A stretch of DNA of 48,133 nt, taken from positions 1 through 48,133 of the forward strand of contig JBFRWI010000147.1 of NCBI GenBank assembly GCA_051439505.1. Direction: 5' to 3'. Below the pieces are notes generated by a model. It was not told the DNA's origin. It ran no database searches and was given only the letters and a program-made list of their open reading frames with translations. The DNA comes from Hormoscilla sp. (GTDB lineage Bacteria > Cyanobacteriota > Cyanobacteriia > Cyanobacteriales > Desertifilaceae). Position 1 is the stretch's first letter. Every line of letters begins with the position of its first letter. This document shows positions 18,770-28,947 of this stretch, in pieces. A program made the translations under genes and the position numbers.

Positions 18770-19522
18770 ATGTATTTTCCGCCACTACAACCGCTCAATA
18801 ACTCTCAGTATCATGTGAGTGGCGATGTCAAGATAGATCCGAGTGCCGCGATCGCGCCAGGGGTGCTACTGCAAGCAGAACTAGATAGTCGGATTATGAT
18901 CGCGGCGGGTGTCTGTATAGGCATGGGCACAATAGTACATGCGATCGCCGGAACTGTGGCAGTGGAGTATGGGGCTTCTTTGGGAGCAGGGGTCCTCATA
19001 GTTGGTTTCAGTAAGATTGGAGCTAATGCCTGTGTGGGCTCGATGACGACGATTATCAATAGTGACATTGAACAGGGAAAAGTTGTGGCTCCAGGCTCCT
19101 TGCTGGGAGACGACAGTCGCAAACTCTCAAAAGATTCCCAAAATGTTGTTGTCACGTCCGTAGCAGAGGATACTGCGATCGCAGGATCTCCCAATGCCCC
19201 AGAGACAGCAGAGGCGAAAGTAAAAGAGGACACTCACGCCAACACGCCAGCGGTGCAGGCGTCGATCAACTCAGCGGTAGCGCGAAATGCCTCTGCTAAC
19301 AAGCCGCCGATTAATGATCCCGTGGGCAACACCCAGGCAGAGGTGGCCCTCACATCAGCAGATGATAACTCTAATAGCGATACCCCATCAGTGAGCCCAG
19401 CAGAAGCACCAGCTCAGAAGTCAGATGAGGAAAATCAAGCTATAGTTTATGGGCAAGAACAGCTAGAGCAGCTAATGGGAACCTTGTTTCCCCACAATAA
19501 ATCCTGGAGGAAAAAATTGTAA
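18770..19522 (+). CDS. ccmN: Carboxysome assembly protein CcmN
   Basis: Hexapeptide N-terminus, low-complexity linker and C-terminal encapsulation peptide VYGQEQLEQLMGTLFPH. Confidence 0.93.
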   Translation: MYFPPLQPLNNSQYHVSGDVKIDPSAAIAPGVLLQAELDSRIMIAAGVCIGMGTIVHAIAGTVAVEYGASLGAGVLIVGFSKIGANACVGSMTTIINSDIEQGKVVAPGSLLGDDSRKLSKDSQNVVVTSVAEDTAIAGSPNAPETAEAKVKEDTHANTPAVQASINSAVARNASANKPPINDPVGNTQAEVALTSADDNSNSDTPSVSPAEAPAQKSDEENQAIVYGQEQLEQLMGTLFPHNKSWRKKL

Positions 19523-19631
19523 AACGATGATTGAGAGAGCTACTGGTGCAAGAGGATTTTTTTATGGATTAAAATCAGGATATATGATGATGAAGTAAGA
19601 AGGAAGTGTGTGTCCTGATTGAGCGGATTAG

Positions 19632-20360
19632 ATGAATAGACTAGAAAGTCTCAAGCAAAGTGCTCTGGGTATGGTATCAACCCGCAGCTTTCCAGCGATA
19701 ATTGATACTGCTGACGCGATGGTGAAAGCCGCTGGGGTAGTTTTGGTGGGGATTGAAAAAATCGGCGGCGGTTACTGCACGGTGCTGGTCCGGGGTCGAA
19801 TTGCTGATATTAGGTTAGCGGTGGAAGCGGGTGCTCGGAAAGCCCAAAAGTCTGGTATGCTGGTCTCTTCATCGGTGATTCCGCGACCGCTCCCCAATTT
19901 GGAAGTAATTTTCCCGATCGGGTCTCGGCTGATCGAGCTGGCTCAACAGAACCGTCACAGTCGAGTCAGCAAGCAAGCTTTGGGTCTGCTGGAAACGCGA
20001 GGCTTTCCGGCAATGGTGGGAGCAGCTGATGCGATGCTGAAGTCGGCTGAGGTGGAACTGACTGCTTATGAAACGATCGGGGATGGTTTGTGTACTGCGA
20101 TTATCCGAGGTTCTGTGGCAGATGTGGCTGTAGCAGTGCAAGCGGGGGTGCATGAAGCGCAACGAATTGGCGAGTTGAATGCGGTGACGGTGATTCCCAG
20201 ACCCCTAGATGATTTGGATCAAATTCTGCCGGTGGCCAGCCGCGTACTAGAGCAAGAACCACAACCCCTACAGTTGCCTATAACTGTTAAGGAAACTGAA
20301 AAAGAATTGCTGAAACTCCCAGATTTGGAGAATATATCGACTCAGAATCAGGAGAAATAG
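19632..20360 (+). CDS. ccmO: Tandem-BMC shell protein CcmO
   Basis: Two BMC domains (ALGMVSTRSFPA..., ALGLLETRGFPAMVGAADAMLKSA). Confidence 0.94.
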   Translation: MNRLESLKQSALGMVSTRSFPAIIDTADAMVKAAGVVLVGIEKIGGGYCTVLVRGRIADIRLAVEAGARKAQKSGMLVSSSVIPRPLPNLEVIFPIGSRLIELAQQNRHSRVSKQALGLLETRGFPAMVGAADAMLKSAEVELTAYETIGDGLCTAIIRGSVADVAVAVQAGVHEAQRIGELNAVTVIPRPLDDLDQILPVASRVLEQEPQPLQLPITVKETEKELLKLPDLENISTQNQEK

Positions 20361-20512
20361 TTAATTGAGCAATAGTTAATTGATTGTTGATTGGGAATAG
20401 TTGTTAATCGTAATGCCTATGAAATTAAATCCCGATCGTTCAATCATGTGTTCGTAAAATCACAAGCTATTTATAATGATAACTTGCTACTTTTTGTCGT
20501 GCGGAATCTCTG

Positions 20513-22138
20513 CTACCAATCATCCTGAATCTGTGGCGGTTCGGACCAATCATCCAACGGCTCAAACCTTTTTATCGGTGCAGGCGCAGCAGCTTCTTCG
20601 GGTTCATTTTCCTCTTCTACGAGATCGAATCGATCGGCCAAAGGTTGGACCACTCGCGCGATCGCATCTTGAATAAAGACCTTAACAAACTCATCCCGGC
20701 GGTTAAGCTGAAACTGCTGCTGCACCACCTCAGTTATCCCCCCATCACCCCAATCTTGATCGTGACGGAAATATTCGATAAAACTTTTACCCGCAATTCT
20801 GGTCAGATAAGCCGCCGTCACCCCCTGAATCGCCTTCCCGATCGCAAAAGTAGCCACATTCAATTGTAATGCCGTGGTCACTAACTTTAACGCGCCCTCA
20901 ACAATGCCCAAACTGGCCATAGTTTTCGCCAGAGACAAGGCCAGTTCTCGTCCCCGTTCCATATTTAACTCGCAACCATAGATCTTGCCAATTTCTACCA
21001 CCATCTGAGCGTTCACCGCCGCAGTTGCCAGCACATCCACCACAGGTAATGGTGTAACCGCAATCACACCACCACCTATCCACTGAAACTGCTCGACAAT
21101 TTTATCCGCCTGACGCTTGCGCTGGGCATCGATAATCCGCCTCGCTTCCTCTGACAAGGCGCTGCTTTGCAGTAAAATATTGTCCGCGACCAAATCTTCT
21201 CCTTCCGCTCGCAGCACCGCAGCTAGCCGGCGGATTAAAGGCATCACGTCCGGTTCCTGCTGAAATATACTACCGCTGTCCAGCACCACCTCTGGAGGAT
21301 TTGCCGCACAGGCCACCACATCATTACTCGGAATCAACCCCTGCACCCGTTCCCGCAGACGCCCCAGAATCGCTTCCATTTCCTCCGGGGGATACAGGTC
21401 CGTTTTGTTCAGCACCAGGAGCGATCGCTTGCCAATTTGGGCCAAAATTCGCAAAGGTTCGTATTCCGACTGGCGCAGGTCATTATCCACCACGAACAGC
21501 AGTAAATCTGCCACCGTCGCCAACTCTCGGGCCTGCTGTTCCCGCTCCGTTCCCGCTACACCTGCTTCGCAAATCCCGGGAGTATCCGTAATCAAAATCT
21601 GCCGGTCCAACCCCTTCAACTGGAGACTGTAGGTTTGCCCCACTTCTGTAGTTCCCATGGGTGCCGACACCTGCCCCACCATCCGGCCCATCAGCGCATT
21701 CACCACCGAAGACTTCCCCGCTGAACCGGTGCCAAACACCACCACTCGCAACACCCCAGCTTGTAGGCTACCCTCTATCTGGCGCGATCGCTCGATTAAA
21801 GCCTGTCGGGCCACCTCATCGTGAATTTGCTCCGCCTGTTTGCGCACCGCCCGGAGAGTTTCCGAAGCTGCCTCATTCTTAGCTTGAGGCACTTTCGGCT
21901 TCACATAGCGCCGGCCCTTTTTGCTACCGGCACCTCCAAACAGCAGCACGTAATAGACAAAAGCTGCAATTACCAATCCTAGCAACAGGATCAGCAACAG
22001 CAGTACAATACTGCCCAGCAGGGGAGATGAATAGGAAATCTGCCAGTAGAACCAACGCAGGGTATCGATCATCCACAGCATTAGCCCTAAGATTACAGTC
22101 AGGCCGATAATCAGCGTCAACAGGCGAGACAGTTTCAT
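20513..22138 (-). CDS. Membrane-anchored GTP-binding protein with YcjF/DUF697 domain
   Basis: Two N-terminal TMs, G1 GTGSAGKSS, G3 DTPG, G4 NKTD and C-terminal TPLPVVDVLATAAVNAQMV. Confidence 0.88.
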   Translation of the reverse strand: MKLSRLLTLIIGLTVILGLMLWMIDTLRWFYWQISYSSPLLGSIVLLLLILLLGLVIAAFVYYVLLFGGAGSKKGRRYVKPKVPQAKNEAASETLRAVRKQAEQIHDEVARQALIERSRQIEGSLQAGVLRVVVFGTGSAGKSSVVNALMGRMVGQVSAPMGTTEVGQTYSLQLKGLDRQILITDTPGICEAGVAGTEREQQARELATVADLLLFVVDNDLRQSEYEPLRILAQIGKRSLLVLNKTDLYPPEEMEAILGRLRERVQGLIPSNDVVACAANPPEVVLDSGSIFQQEPDVMPLIRRLAAVLRAEGEDLVADNILLQSSALSEEARRIIDAQRKRQADKIVEQFQWIGGGVIAVTPLPVVDVLATAAVNAQMVVEIGKIYGCELNMERGRELALSLAKTMASLGIVEGALKLVTTALQLNVATFAIGKAIQGVTAAYLTRIAGKSFIEYFRHDQDWGDGGITEVVQQQFQLNRRDEFVKVFIQDAIARVVQPLADRFDLVEEENEPEEAAAPAPIKRFEPLDDWSEPPQIQDDW

Positions 22139-22450
22139 GATTGGGTGCGCGCAGCAGCCGTGCAGCGGGCGATCGGGGATCTATAATATATTTTAGCTAT
22201 AATCCCTGCCGTCCAGTTACAGCCCTAATTCAGGCCAGCCATGATAGCAGAGAGCTGTTGCGAGTTTACTCCCTATATTTTCAATAATTAGCAAGAGACG
22301 ATCTCGCACATTCTAACTGTATAATTTTCTTCTACTCGCTATTGTGGGGAAGTAATACTCGTGCTTAGTAATGATTGCGCTCCCCATCCCGCAAGAGAGT
22401 GCAGTCCGCCCCCAAACACATTGAGTCAACCGCAACAGGAGGTAAAATTT

Positions 22451-23038
22451 ATGGGACTTTTCGACAGTATTATGGGTGCCATCAGCAGCCCCACCGCCGA
22501 AGCTAGTCCGTCTCAGCTGGGTGGCATTCTCGGCGCCGCACAAATGCTCACTGGCAACTCTGGTGCCAGTTTCGATCAAGTTCAATCTCTGATGTCCGTT
22601 GTCGGCAGCTTTACCCGCTCTTCCTTAAAAGAAAAACGAGATACCGAAGGCGATAACCAAGTGATGTCTCTTGTCAATCAATTTAGCGGTACTTTATCCA
22701 ACCCCCTAGCCGTTCGGGCACTTTTTTCCTTACCACAAGTGCAACAGATAATCGCCGTTGCCTCTGAAAAGACTGGGCTGCCAGAGGATACTATTGAATC
22801 TATGCTGCCGACCGTGCTCCCTTTGGTCCTCAATCTGCTGCAAACTGGCAACGAAACTGATAATCCCGAAGGTGGCAATTCTGTACTTACCAGCTTTTTG
22901 GATGCCGATGGGGATAGTGATGTTGATATTGCTGACGCTATGAAAATGGCCAGTCGTTTTGTCAGCTTGGATGCCGATGGCGATGGTGATGTTGATATTG
23001 CTGACGCTTGGAAGATTGCCAGTCGTTTTCTCGGCTAA
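22451..23038 (+). CDS. DUF937-like protein with a duplicated C-terminal EF-hand-like motif
   Basis: MGLFDSIMGAI follows an AGGAGG RBS (ATG 22451). Ends with two LDADGD.DVDIADA.K.ASRF units. Confidence 0.8.
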   Translation: MGLFDSIMGAISSPTAEASPSQLGGILGAAQMLTGNSGASFDQVQSLMSVVGSFTRSSLKEKRDTEGDNQVMSLVNQFSGTLSNPLAVRALFSLPQVQQIIAVASEKTGLPEDTIESMLPTVLPLVLNLLQTGNETDNPEGGNSVLTSFLDADGDSDVDIADAMKMASRFVSLDADGDGDVDIADAWKIASRFLG

Positions 23039-23166
23039 TTCCTTTTCCTGGCCAGTGCCCGGGAACGATGCTAATTTCGTTCCCAGACCAGTGCCAGTTC
23101 TCGAAGCTAATTGCTTTTGCCCTCAAGAGAGCCAACAGTTATTTCTCTGGTAGAAAAGCCACCACC

Positions 23167-23421
23167 CTAGCGGCGATTTTCCCTTGGCTTAGCTTTATTT
23201 ACTTTTATGATCCGACCCATCCATTCTGCTCCATCCAGTTCCTCGATCGCCTTTTCTTCTTCATCGTCTGATTGCATTTCCACAAAAGCAAAACCTCGCT
23301 TCTTTCCCGACTCCCGGTCCGTCGGCATGCTCACGCGCTTTACCGTACCGTACTCTTTAAATATTTCCTGTAAGTCATCTTCCTCCGCTTGAAAGGACAA
23401 GTTCCCAATGTAAATCGTCAC
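23167..23421 (-). CDS. rbp: RRM RNA-binding protein (cyanobacterial Rbp family, no Gly-rich tail)
   Basis: RNP2 IYIGNL and RNP1 RGFAFVEM. Likely GTG start at 23421, preceded by TTGGAGAG. Confidence 0.93.
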   Translation of the reverse strand: MTIYIGNLSFQAEEDDLQEIFKEYGTVKRVSMPTDRESGKKRGFAFVEMQSDDEEEKAIEELDGAEWMGRIIKVNKAKPRENRR

Positions 23422-23562
23422 GTTTCTCTCCAAACTGATTCTCGTTTACCTACTGCGCTTTGCGCTATATCCGGTCCCTAGCCAACCTACATTTACTATT
23501 ACTAGCAATTCGTTTGCTCTGTTGCCGAACTTTACTTCCTTGACTGTATAGACATTATCCCA

Positions 23563-23864
23563 CAGATACATTTAACCCGGAAAAATCAGGCAATTGCCGG
23601 AATTTTCTGTGTATGGCACGATCTGGAATGAAGCCATTCCAGATGCGGAGGTATCTCTCAAAGCCTTCAACAAAACGTTGAAAGCGCCATTGATGTCACG
23701 CCCAATAGTGTGACCGCAGGAGGGACATTCTATAGGCTTGTTTCGGACTAGCTTTGTGTGAATGTGCCCACACGAAGAGCCAAGTACTCTTCCGTCACGC
23801 CTACTACAACACAGCCATATTTAGCTGCTTGATACTTCAACGTTTGCTTAAAACGGTAGTGTGT
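23563..23864 (-). mobile_element. tnpB: 3' remnant of an IS607/IS605-family tnpB with probable right end
   Basis: The minus strand reads THYRFKQTLKYQAAKYGCVVVGVTEEY, then after a frameshift SSCGHIHTKLVRNKPIECPSCGHTIGRDINGAFNVLLKALRDTS (zinc ribbon plus RuvC-III RDxNGAxN). Confidence 0.88.
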
Positions 23865-24100
23865 TTGCACCTACTCAATATTCTAGCACACGCCCGAAGG
23901 TATTTCCAGAACAATCTAGAATTTTCCTTATACAGGCTGGCTGTCATTAACAGCTATTTACTTATGATAGCCAAGGCATCGGGGTTTTGCTTGCCCCAAC
24001 TATGTGAATTTTTGTTACAATTATCGCCGGTGCTATCCTTACACTCCCGACCCGGGCCAGATGATGCCCAGTCCCTGGGACGACAGGAGCTGTGCCCATT

Positions 24101-26413
24101 CTACTCTACCGATGGAGGTGACGAAGGTGCAGGTTTTTTGGGTGGGGGGAAGAACTTACGCATATATTGGCCCCAGAGTTGGGCCGATATCGCGCTACTG
24201 CCGTTGGTGGGAGAGTTGTTATCATTGCCCAGCCAGACGCCAGTCACAATGCGCCGATTGGCTAGGTAGCCAATAAACCACAAATCCACAGCATCATTCG
24301 TAGTGCCGGTTTTCCCTGCTTCTTCTCCCAGTTTGATATAAGCGGCGCTACCAGTTCCCCCTTGCACGACTCCCCGGAGCATATTGGTCATGGTATAAGC
24401 AAGTTGCGGCTCTATGACCTTCTGGTTTGCTTCTGGGTCGCGGGTGTTGTACTCATAAACTACTCGGCAAGTTTTGAGATTGTTCTGATCGGCACAATCA
24501 CTACTATCGAAAATCTTTCTAATCGCGTGGGGACGATTGCGGATACCCCTATTTGCTAAGACTGCATAGGCCCCTGCCATCTCCAGCAGCTTCACTTCAC
24601 TTTGACCTAATACTAGACCCGGTACGGGCTTCAGTTTCGATCGCACGCCCAGTCGTCTTGCCATTTCCACCACTTTGTCTAGACCGGCATCTTGGGCCAC
24701 TCGCAGGGCGATCGCATTTTCTGACAGGGCCATTCCCGCGTACATATCTATAAAGCCCGAACTCCGTTCGCAGGCACTATAACTTACTCCTCCCCAGGGT
24801 AAGGGAGCGCAGGAATAGCGTTTCCTGGGGTCAATTCCTTGGGCGATCGCCGCTGCATATGCAAATATTTTGAATGTCGAGCCTGGCTGTCGCAGGGCTT
24901 GGGTGGCGCGATTGAACTGACTTTTTGTATAATCTACTCCGCCGTTCATTGCCAGAATTTCGCCTGTTTTCGCATCAAGGGTAACCACCGCTCCTTGGTC
25001 AAATCCCAGATCTTTTCCCTGATTGTTGATCGTGTTCCGCAGCGCTACTTCCGACTGGGCTTGCATCGAAGGGTTCAGACCTGTTTCGATAATAAAATTC
25101 CCTTCTCTGGCTACCTCCGAGCCTAATAAATCCTCCAGTTCGCTGAACACGTAATCGTAAAAATAAGGCGCGATCGTGGATTGAAACTCTAGTTTGGCTT
25201 TCGGACTCACTTCTATTACCGATCGCCTGGCCCGCCTGGCCTCTTCCTGGGTAATCATCCCCAAATCCAGCATCCGCTCGATCACCCCATTTCGCTGCCT
25301 GCGAGCTAACTCTTCATTTCTGGCCGGGTTATAACTATTGGGTGCTGGCAACATTCCCACCAAAGTCGCCGCTTCTGACAAGGTTAAATCTTCCCCTGCT
25401 GACTTGCCGAAGTAGAATTGAGCCGCATCTTCAAATCCATAGTTGCCACCGCCCATGTATACCCGGTTCAAATAAGCCAGCATCAGGTACTTTTTCGGGT
25501 AAACGAATTCTAGCTTCAGGGCCACTAGGGCTTCGCGAATCTTGCGGCCCGCGCTGTCTTCGGTGCCTACATAATCTCTAAACAAACTGCGAGCTAACTG
25601 TTGCGTCACCGTACTCGCCCCTTCCCTGATTTCACCCCCGCGCCAATTGACCACGAGCGCTCGGATAATCCCCACGGGGTCAACTCCGGGGTGCCAGTAG
25701 TAGCGCGAATCCTCCGATGCTACCACAGCTTGTGGCAGGTAGGGAGAAAAGTCTGATAATTTCTGAAATTCTCTGTGAGCGTCATTCCGAGGCGGTACCA
25801 GGGGCGTCTGCCCGTCCCGTGCATAGACTATTACCGGTCCTTGCACGGAGATTGGTAGTGGGTTAACGTCAAATTTCCGCCATTCGTTGAGAATTAACGC
25901 TACCACTAAGGCAGTTACTCCGCCTATACCGTAACCGGTGTATATCGCCCCCCGGATGTACCAGGGTGCTGGATCCAGATACTTAATTGTGACGGCATCC
26001 TTTAGTTCTGGTGGTGCGAGAGTAAACTGATCGCCGTGGCGCAGCTTCTTCTGGCTAATTCGCCGCTTGCCCCGATAGATGCCATTGGTAGATCTTTCGT
26101 CTTTGATTGTAAAAGGGGTGCCCCGCTTGGAGTCCCGAGACAAAGATAGATGTATCTTGCTGACATTCGTGTTGCGCACTACTATGTCGCAATTACTCGA
26201 ACTCCTTCCCAGCAGGAAGCGATCGCCCAGTAGGGGATATACTTCTGGTTTGGAACCATCCGCCTCCTGTACTAGCAGTTTCGGTACTCTTGCCTTTTGC
26301 TTGAGCGCTAGCTGGGAAAAATTTACCACCTTAGCTGGCATCGTCTGTGCTGCTTGGGTGATGACTCCCAAAATTGTCCTCGGTGGCTTTTTTTGATTTT
26401 GCGGTGAACTCAT
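24101..26413 (-). CDS. Class A penicillin-binding protein (PBP1A-type) with N-terminal FHA domain
   Basis: FHA (LGRS...VSKIH...STNG), TM, transglycosylase EDSRYYWH and GASTVTQQL, transpeptidase STFK, SEN and KTG. Confidence 0.93.
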   Translation of the reverse strand: MSSPQNQKKPPRTILGVITQAAQTMPAKVVNFSQLALKQKARVPKLLVQEADGSKPEVYPLLGDRFLLGRSSSNCDIVVRNTNVSKIHLSLSRDSKRGTPFTIKDERSTNGIYRGKRRISQKKLRHGDQFTLAPPELKDAVTIKYLDPAPWYIRGAIYTGYGIGGVTALVVALILNEWRKFDVNPLPISVQGPVIVYARDGQTPLVPPRNDAHREFQKLSDFSPYLPQAVVASEDSRYYWHPGVDPVGIIRALVVNWRGGEIREGASTVTQQLARSLFRDYVGTEDSAGRKIREALVALKLEFVYPKKYLMLAYLNRVYMGGGNYGFEDAAQFYFGKSAGEDLTLSEAATLVGMLPAPNSYNPARNEELARRQRNGVIERMLDLGMITQEEARRARRSVIEVSPKAKLEFQSTIAPYFYDYVFSELEDLLGSEVAREGNFIIETGLNPSMQAQSEVALRNTINNQGKDLGFDQGAVVTLDAKTGEILAMNGGVDYTKSQFNRATQALRQPGSTFKIFAYAAAIAQGIDPRKRYSCAPLPWGGVSYSACERSSGFIDMYAGMALSENAIALRVAQDAGLDKVVEMARRLGVRSKLKPVPGLVLGQSEVKLLEMAGAYAVLANRGIRNRPHAIRKIFDSSDCADQNNLKTCRVVYEYNTRDPEANQKVIEPQLAYTMTNMLRGVVQGGTGSAAYIKLGEEAGKTGTTNDAVDLWFIGYLANRRIVTGVWLGNDNNSPTNGSSAISAQLWGQYMRKFFPPPKKPAPSSPPSVE

Positions 26414-26562
26414 TAGCTTACTTACCCTTGGCTGCGGCGGTCGGCATCTTCCCTTGCTGGAAAATGATAGTTCCGGAGATCCAATTCTAGGCTACTTCGG
26501 TGGAATCGGACGTTTTTTATTGACATACATTCTATTGAGTCATATAATTCCTTTTCTCGCCT

Positions 26563-27036
26563 TTAACCCCTTTCTTCAGGGCCTTTTTTGCGAAATATAG
26601 CAATAAATAGACAAATCATCCCCACGTTAATGAACACATCTGCCAAATTGAATATGGCAGGAAATCCAATCGGTCGAAAATCAAGAAAATCGACGACATC
26701 ACCGGCAACAAAGCGATCGATGCCATTTCCCAGCGCACCACCTAAGATGAAACCATAGCCTGCTTGTTCCCAACGGTTCTTCTTGGGTCCGTACCAGGCC
26801 AGTGCCATTAAGCCTATACTTACCCCCAAGGACAGCCAGCGCAACCACCAGCCGTTATCGCTAAATAGACTCCAGGCGGCACCGGGATTTCTGACATAGG
26901 TGAGGTTAAACACTCCCTCCCACACTAACCGACTTTCGTCCTCTACGAAGTTTCCTACCACCCAAAATTTGGTCAGTTGGTCTAAAATTAGACTGATGAT
27001 GGCGATCGCCCATAAAAAGCGGTTCTTAATTCTCAT
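26563..27036 (-). CDS. lspA: Lipoprotein signal peptidase II
   Basis: LDQLTK, NPGAAWS, GGALGNGIDR, VVDFLD and IFNLADVFI. Confidence 0.96.
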   Translation of the reverse strand: MRIKNRFLWAIAIISLILDQLTKFWVVGNFVEDESRLVWEGVFNLTYVRNPGAAWSLFSDNGWWLRWLSLGVSIGLMALAWYGPKKNRWEQAGYGFILGGALGNGIDRFVAGDVVDFLDFRPIGFPAIFNLADVFINVGMICLFIAIFRKKGPEERG

Positions 27037-27061
27037 TTAATAATTGATAAACTTCGACTAA

Positions 27062-27194
27062 CCACTGACATGGTGGGCAGTGCCCACCCTACCCACTGAC
27101 ATGGTGGGCAGTGCCCACCCTACCCACTGACATGGTGGGCAGTGCCCACCCTACCCACTGACATGGTGGGCAGTGCCCACCCTACCCACTGACA
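27062..27194. repeat. 31-bp tandem repeat (CCACTGACATGGTGGGCAGTGCCCACCCTAC) x4.3
   Basis: Exact units at 27062, 27093, 27124 and 27155. Each contains the hairpin GGTGGGCA-G-TGCCCACC. Confidence 0.95.
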
Positions 27195-27206
27195 ACTGAC
27201 CATTTT

Positions 27207-27791
27207 TCAATAGAGCAATATTTTTCGCAGGACAAAAGCTAGAACTGTTGCCGCACAGGCTACGGCTAACTGCCCTCTCAGATGATATACAGAATATTTC
27301 AGAGTAGCATCCATTAGGGGTATTGTCGATCCGGGCGCCCAGTTAAACAGGTTAGTCACTAGCAGATAGCTGAGGCCGACTAGATGAATGCAGGCTAGGC
27401 CACAGACACAACTAAATGCTAATGTCTCTAGTCGGGGTCGTCCCTTAAATGCTAGAAACCCACATATCCAGGCCCCGGGAATAAATCCCACTAAGTAGCC
27501 AAAGCTTGGTTCCCGAAAATAGCTGAAGCCTCCTCCCTGTGAAAATACAGGTAGCCAGGTTAAGCCTAATGTTAAATAGGCTATTTGCGATAAGGCTCCA
27601 GCATTTTTCCCTCCCGCACAACTCACCAGCAGCACTGCTCCTACCTGATATGATACTTCTAACGAGCGAATTGCAATCCCATGCTGACTCCAGTTCCACG
27701 TCGGAGTCGCGATCGATGCTTCTATAAAGGTACCGCCGATCGTCAGGATTAAGCCGATCAAGGCCCAAAGTAGTTCTACTGGAGCAATCAC
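27207..27791 (-). CDS. bioY: Biotin transporter BioY
   Basis: Hydrophobic protein; SQIAYLTLGLTWLPVFSQGGG...PSFGYLVGF; adjacent to bioB. Confidence 0.92.
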   Translation of the reverse strand: MIAPVELLWALIGLILTIGGTFIEASIATPTWNWSQHGIAIRSLEVSYQVGAVLLVSCAGGKNAGALSQIAYLTLGLTWLPVFSQGGGFSYFREPSFGYLVGFIPGAWICGFLAFKGRPRLETLAFSCVCGLACIHLVGLSYLLVTNLFNWAPGSTIPLMDATLKYSVYHLRGQLAVACAATVLAFVLRKILLY

Positions 27792-27858
27792 GCTTTAGTC
27801 AATGGTAAATGGTAATGGTCGCCCTAAAATACCCAAAAGCCAGGCAACCAAGAAGAGG

Positions 27859-28947
27859 TTAGACGTTATACTCCCCTGGAATGGGGGCTTCTCCCCCTTG
27901 AAGTCCTAATGATTCCAGCATAGCCTGGTCTTGTTCGGGAGGTTGACCTAGGGTGGTCAGGTAGTGACCGATTAACATGGCGTTGATGCCTGCTTTCAGT
28001 CCTAATCCCTGGAGTTCGCCCATGACCGCTTCTCGTCCTCCAGCATAGCGGATAATCTGCTCGGGTAGTATTAATCGGAAGATCGCGATCGCCTTGAGGG
28101 CCTCATAGGGGTCCAGTTTTGGCTGGGATGCCATCGGCGTTCCGGGTCGAGCATTCAGCAGGTTCAGGGGTACTGATTCTACTTCTAATTCTCGCAATTC
28201 TAAGGCCATATCCACCCGGTCTGACCAGCTTTCTCCCATGCCTATTATCCCCCCCGTGCAGGCTTGCATGCCAGCAGCTTTGACCTGCTTAATCGTTTCC
28301 ACCCGATCGCGCCAACTGTGAGTGCTGGCCACGTTCTCGAAAAAGTTCTCCGAGGACTCCAGATTATGGTTATAGCGCGTCACCCCTGCTGCTGCTAATG
28401 CCCGGGCCTGCTCAGCTGTCACTTCTCCCAGGGCGCAGCAGGGTTTAATATCGGTTTGGGCCATTATCTGCCGCACCGCTTCCAGAATGCGATCGAATTC
28501 TCCTGATTTGGGGCTATTATATTTTGGCCCCCGTCCCTGACTTACCAGGCAAAATCTCTTGGCACCGGCAGATGCTGCTGCTTGGGCTTGGGCCAGGACT
28601 TCGGAGGTGGGTTTGAGTCCGTAAATGGGAGAACTCTCTCCGGGATGATGGGCTGACTGAGCGCAGAAGCTACAGTTTTCCGAGCAATTCCCTGATTTTA
28701 TATTCACGATGCTGCACAGGTCTACCTTATTGCCGCAGCATGCTTGTCTCACTTCGTCAGCTGCTGCACAGAGCGAGAGGATGTTTTCTTCCCCTGAGAT
28801 CTCTGTTAGCCCGATCGCCTCTTCTCTGTCTAGCCGCTTTCCGGCAATAATCTCTTCTGCCAGTTCAGCTAGCTGCGATCGCAATGACTTGCCTTGGGCA
28901 GTGCTAAAAGAGCAATCAGTTAAAGTTGATAACGATGCTTGAACCAC
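27859..28947 (-). CDS. bioB: Biotin synthase
   Basis: Radical SAM CSENCSFC, YNHNLE, CTGGIIGMGE, RYAGGRE and YLTTLG. Confidence 0.97.
   Translation of the reverse strand: MVQASLSTLTDCSFSTAQGKSLRSQLAELAEEIIAGKRLDREEAIGLTEISGEENILSLCAAADEVRQACCGNKVDLCSIVNIKSGNCSENCSFCAQSAHHPGESSPIYGLKPTSEVLAQAQAAASAGAKRFCLVSQGRGPKYNSPKSGEFDRILEAVRQIMAQTDIKPCCALGEVTAEQARALAAAGVTRYNHNLESSENFFENVASTHSWRDRVETIKQVKAAGMQACTGGIIGMGESWSDRVDMALELRELEVESVPLNLLNARPGTPMASQPKLDPYEALKAIAIFRLILPEQIIRYAGGREAVMGELQGLGLKAGINAMLIGHYLTTLGQPPEQDQAMLESLGLQGGEAPIPGEYNV

Noticed and set aside
23754..24276. ORFs of 171 aa and 90 aa on the + strand
   Set aside because: They are antisense to the tnpB remnant and the PBP 3' end, with no recognisable motifs.
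27062..27194. CRISPR array
   Set aside because: The palindromic units are head-to-tail with no unique spacers, and no cas genes are present.
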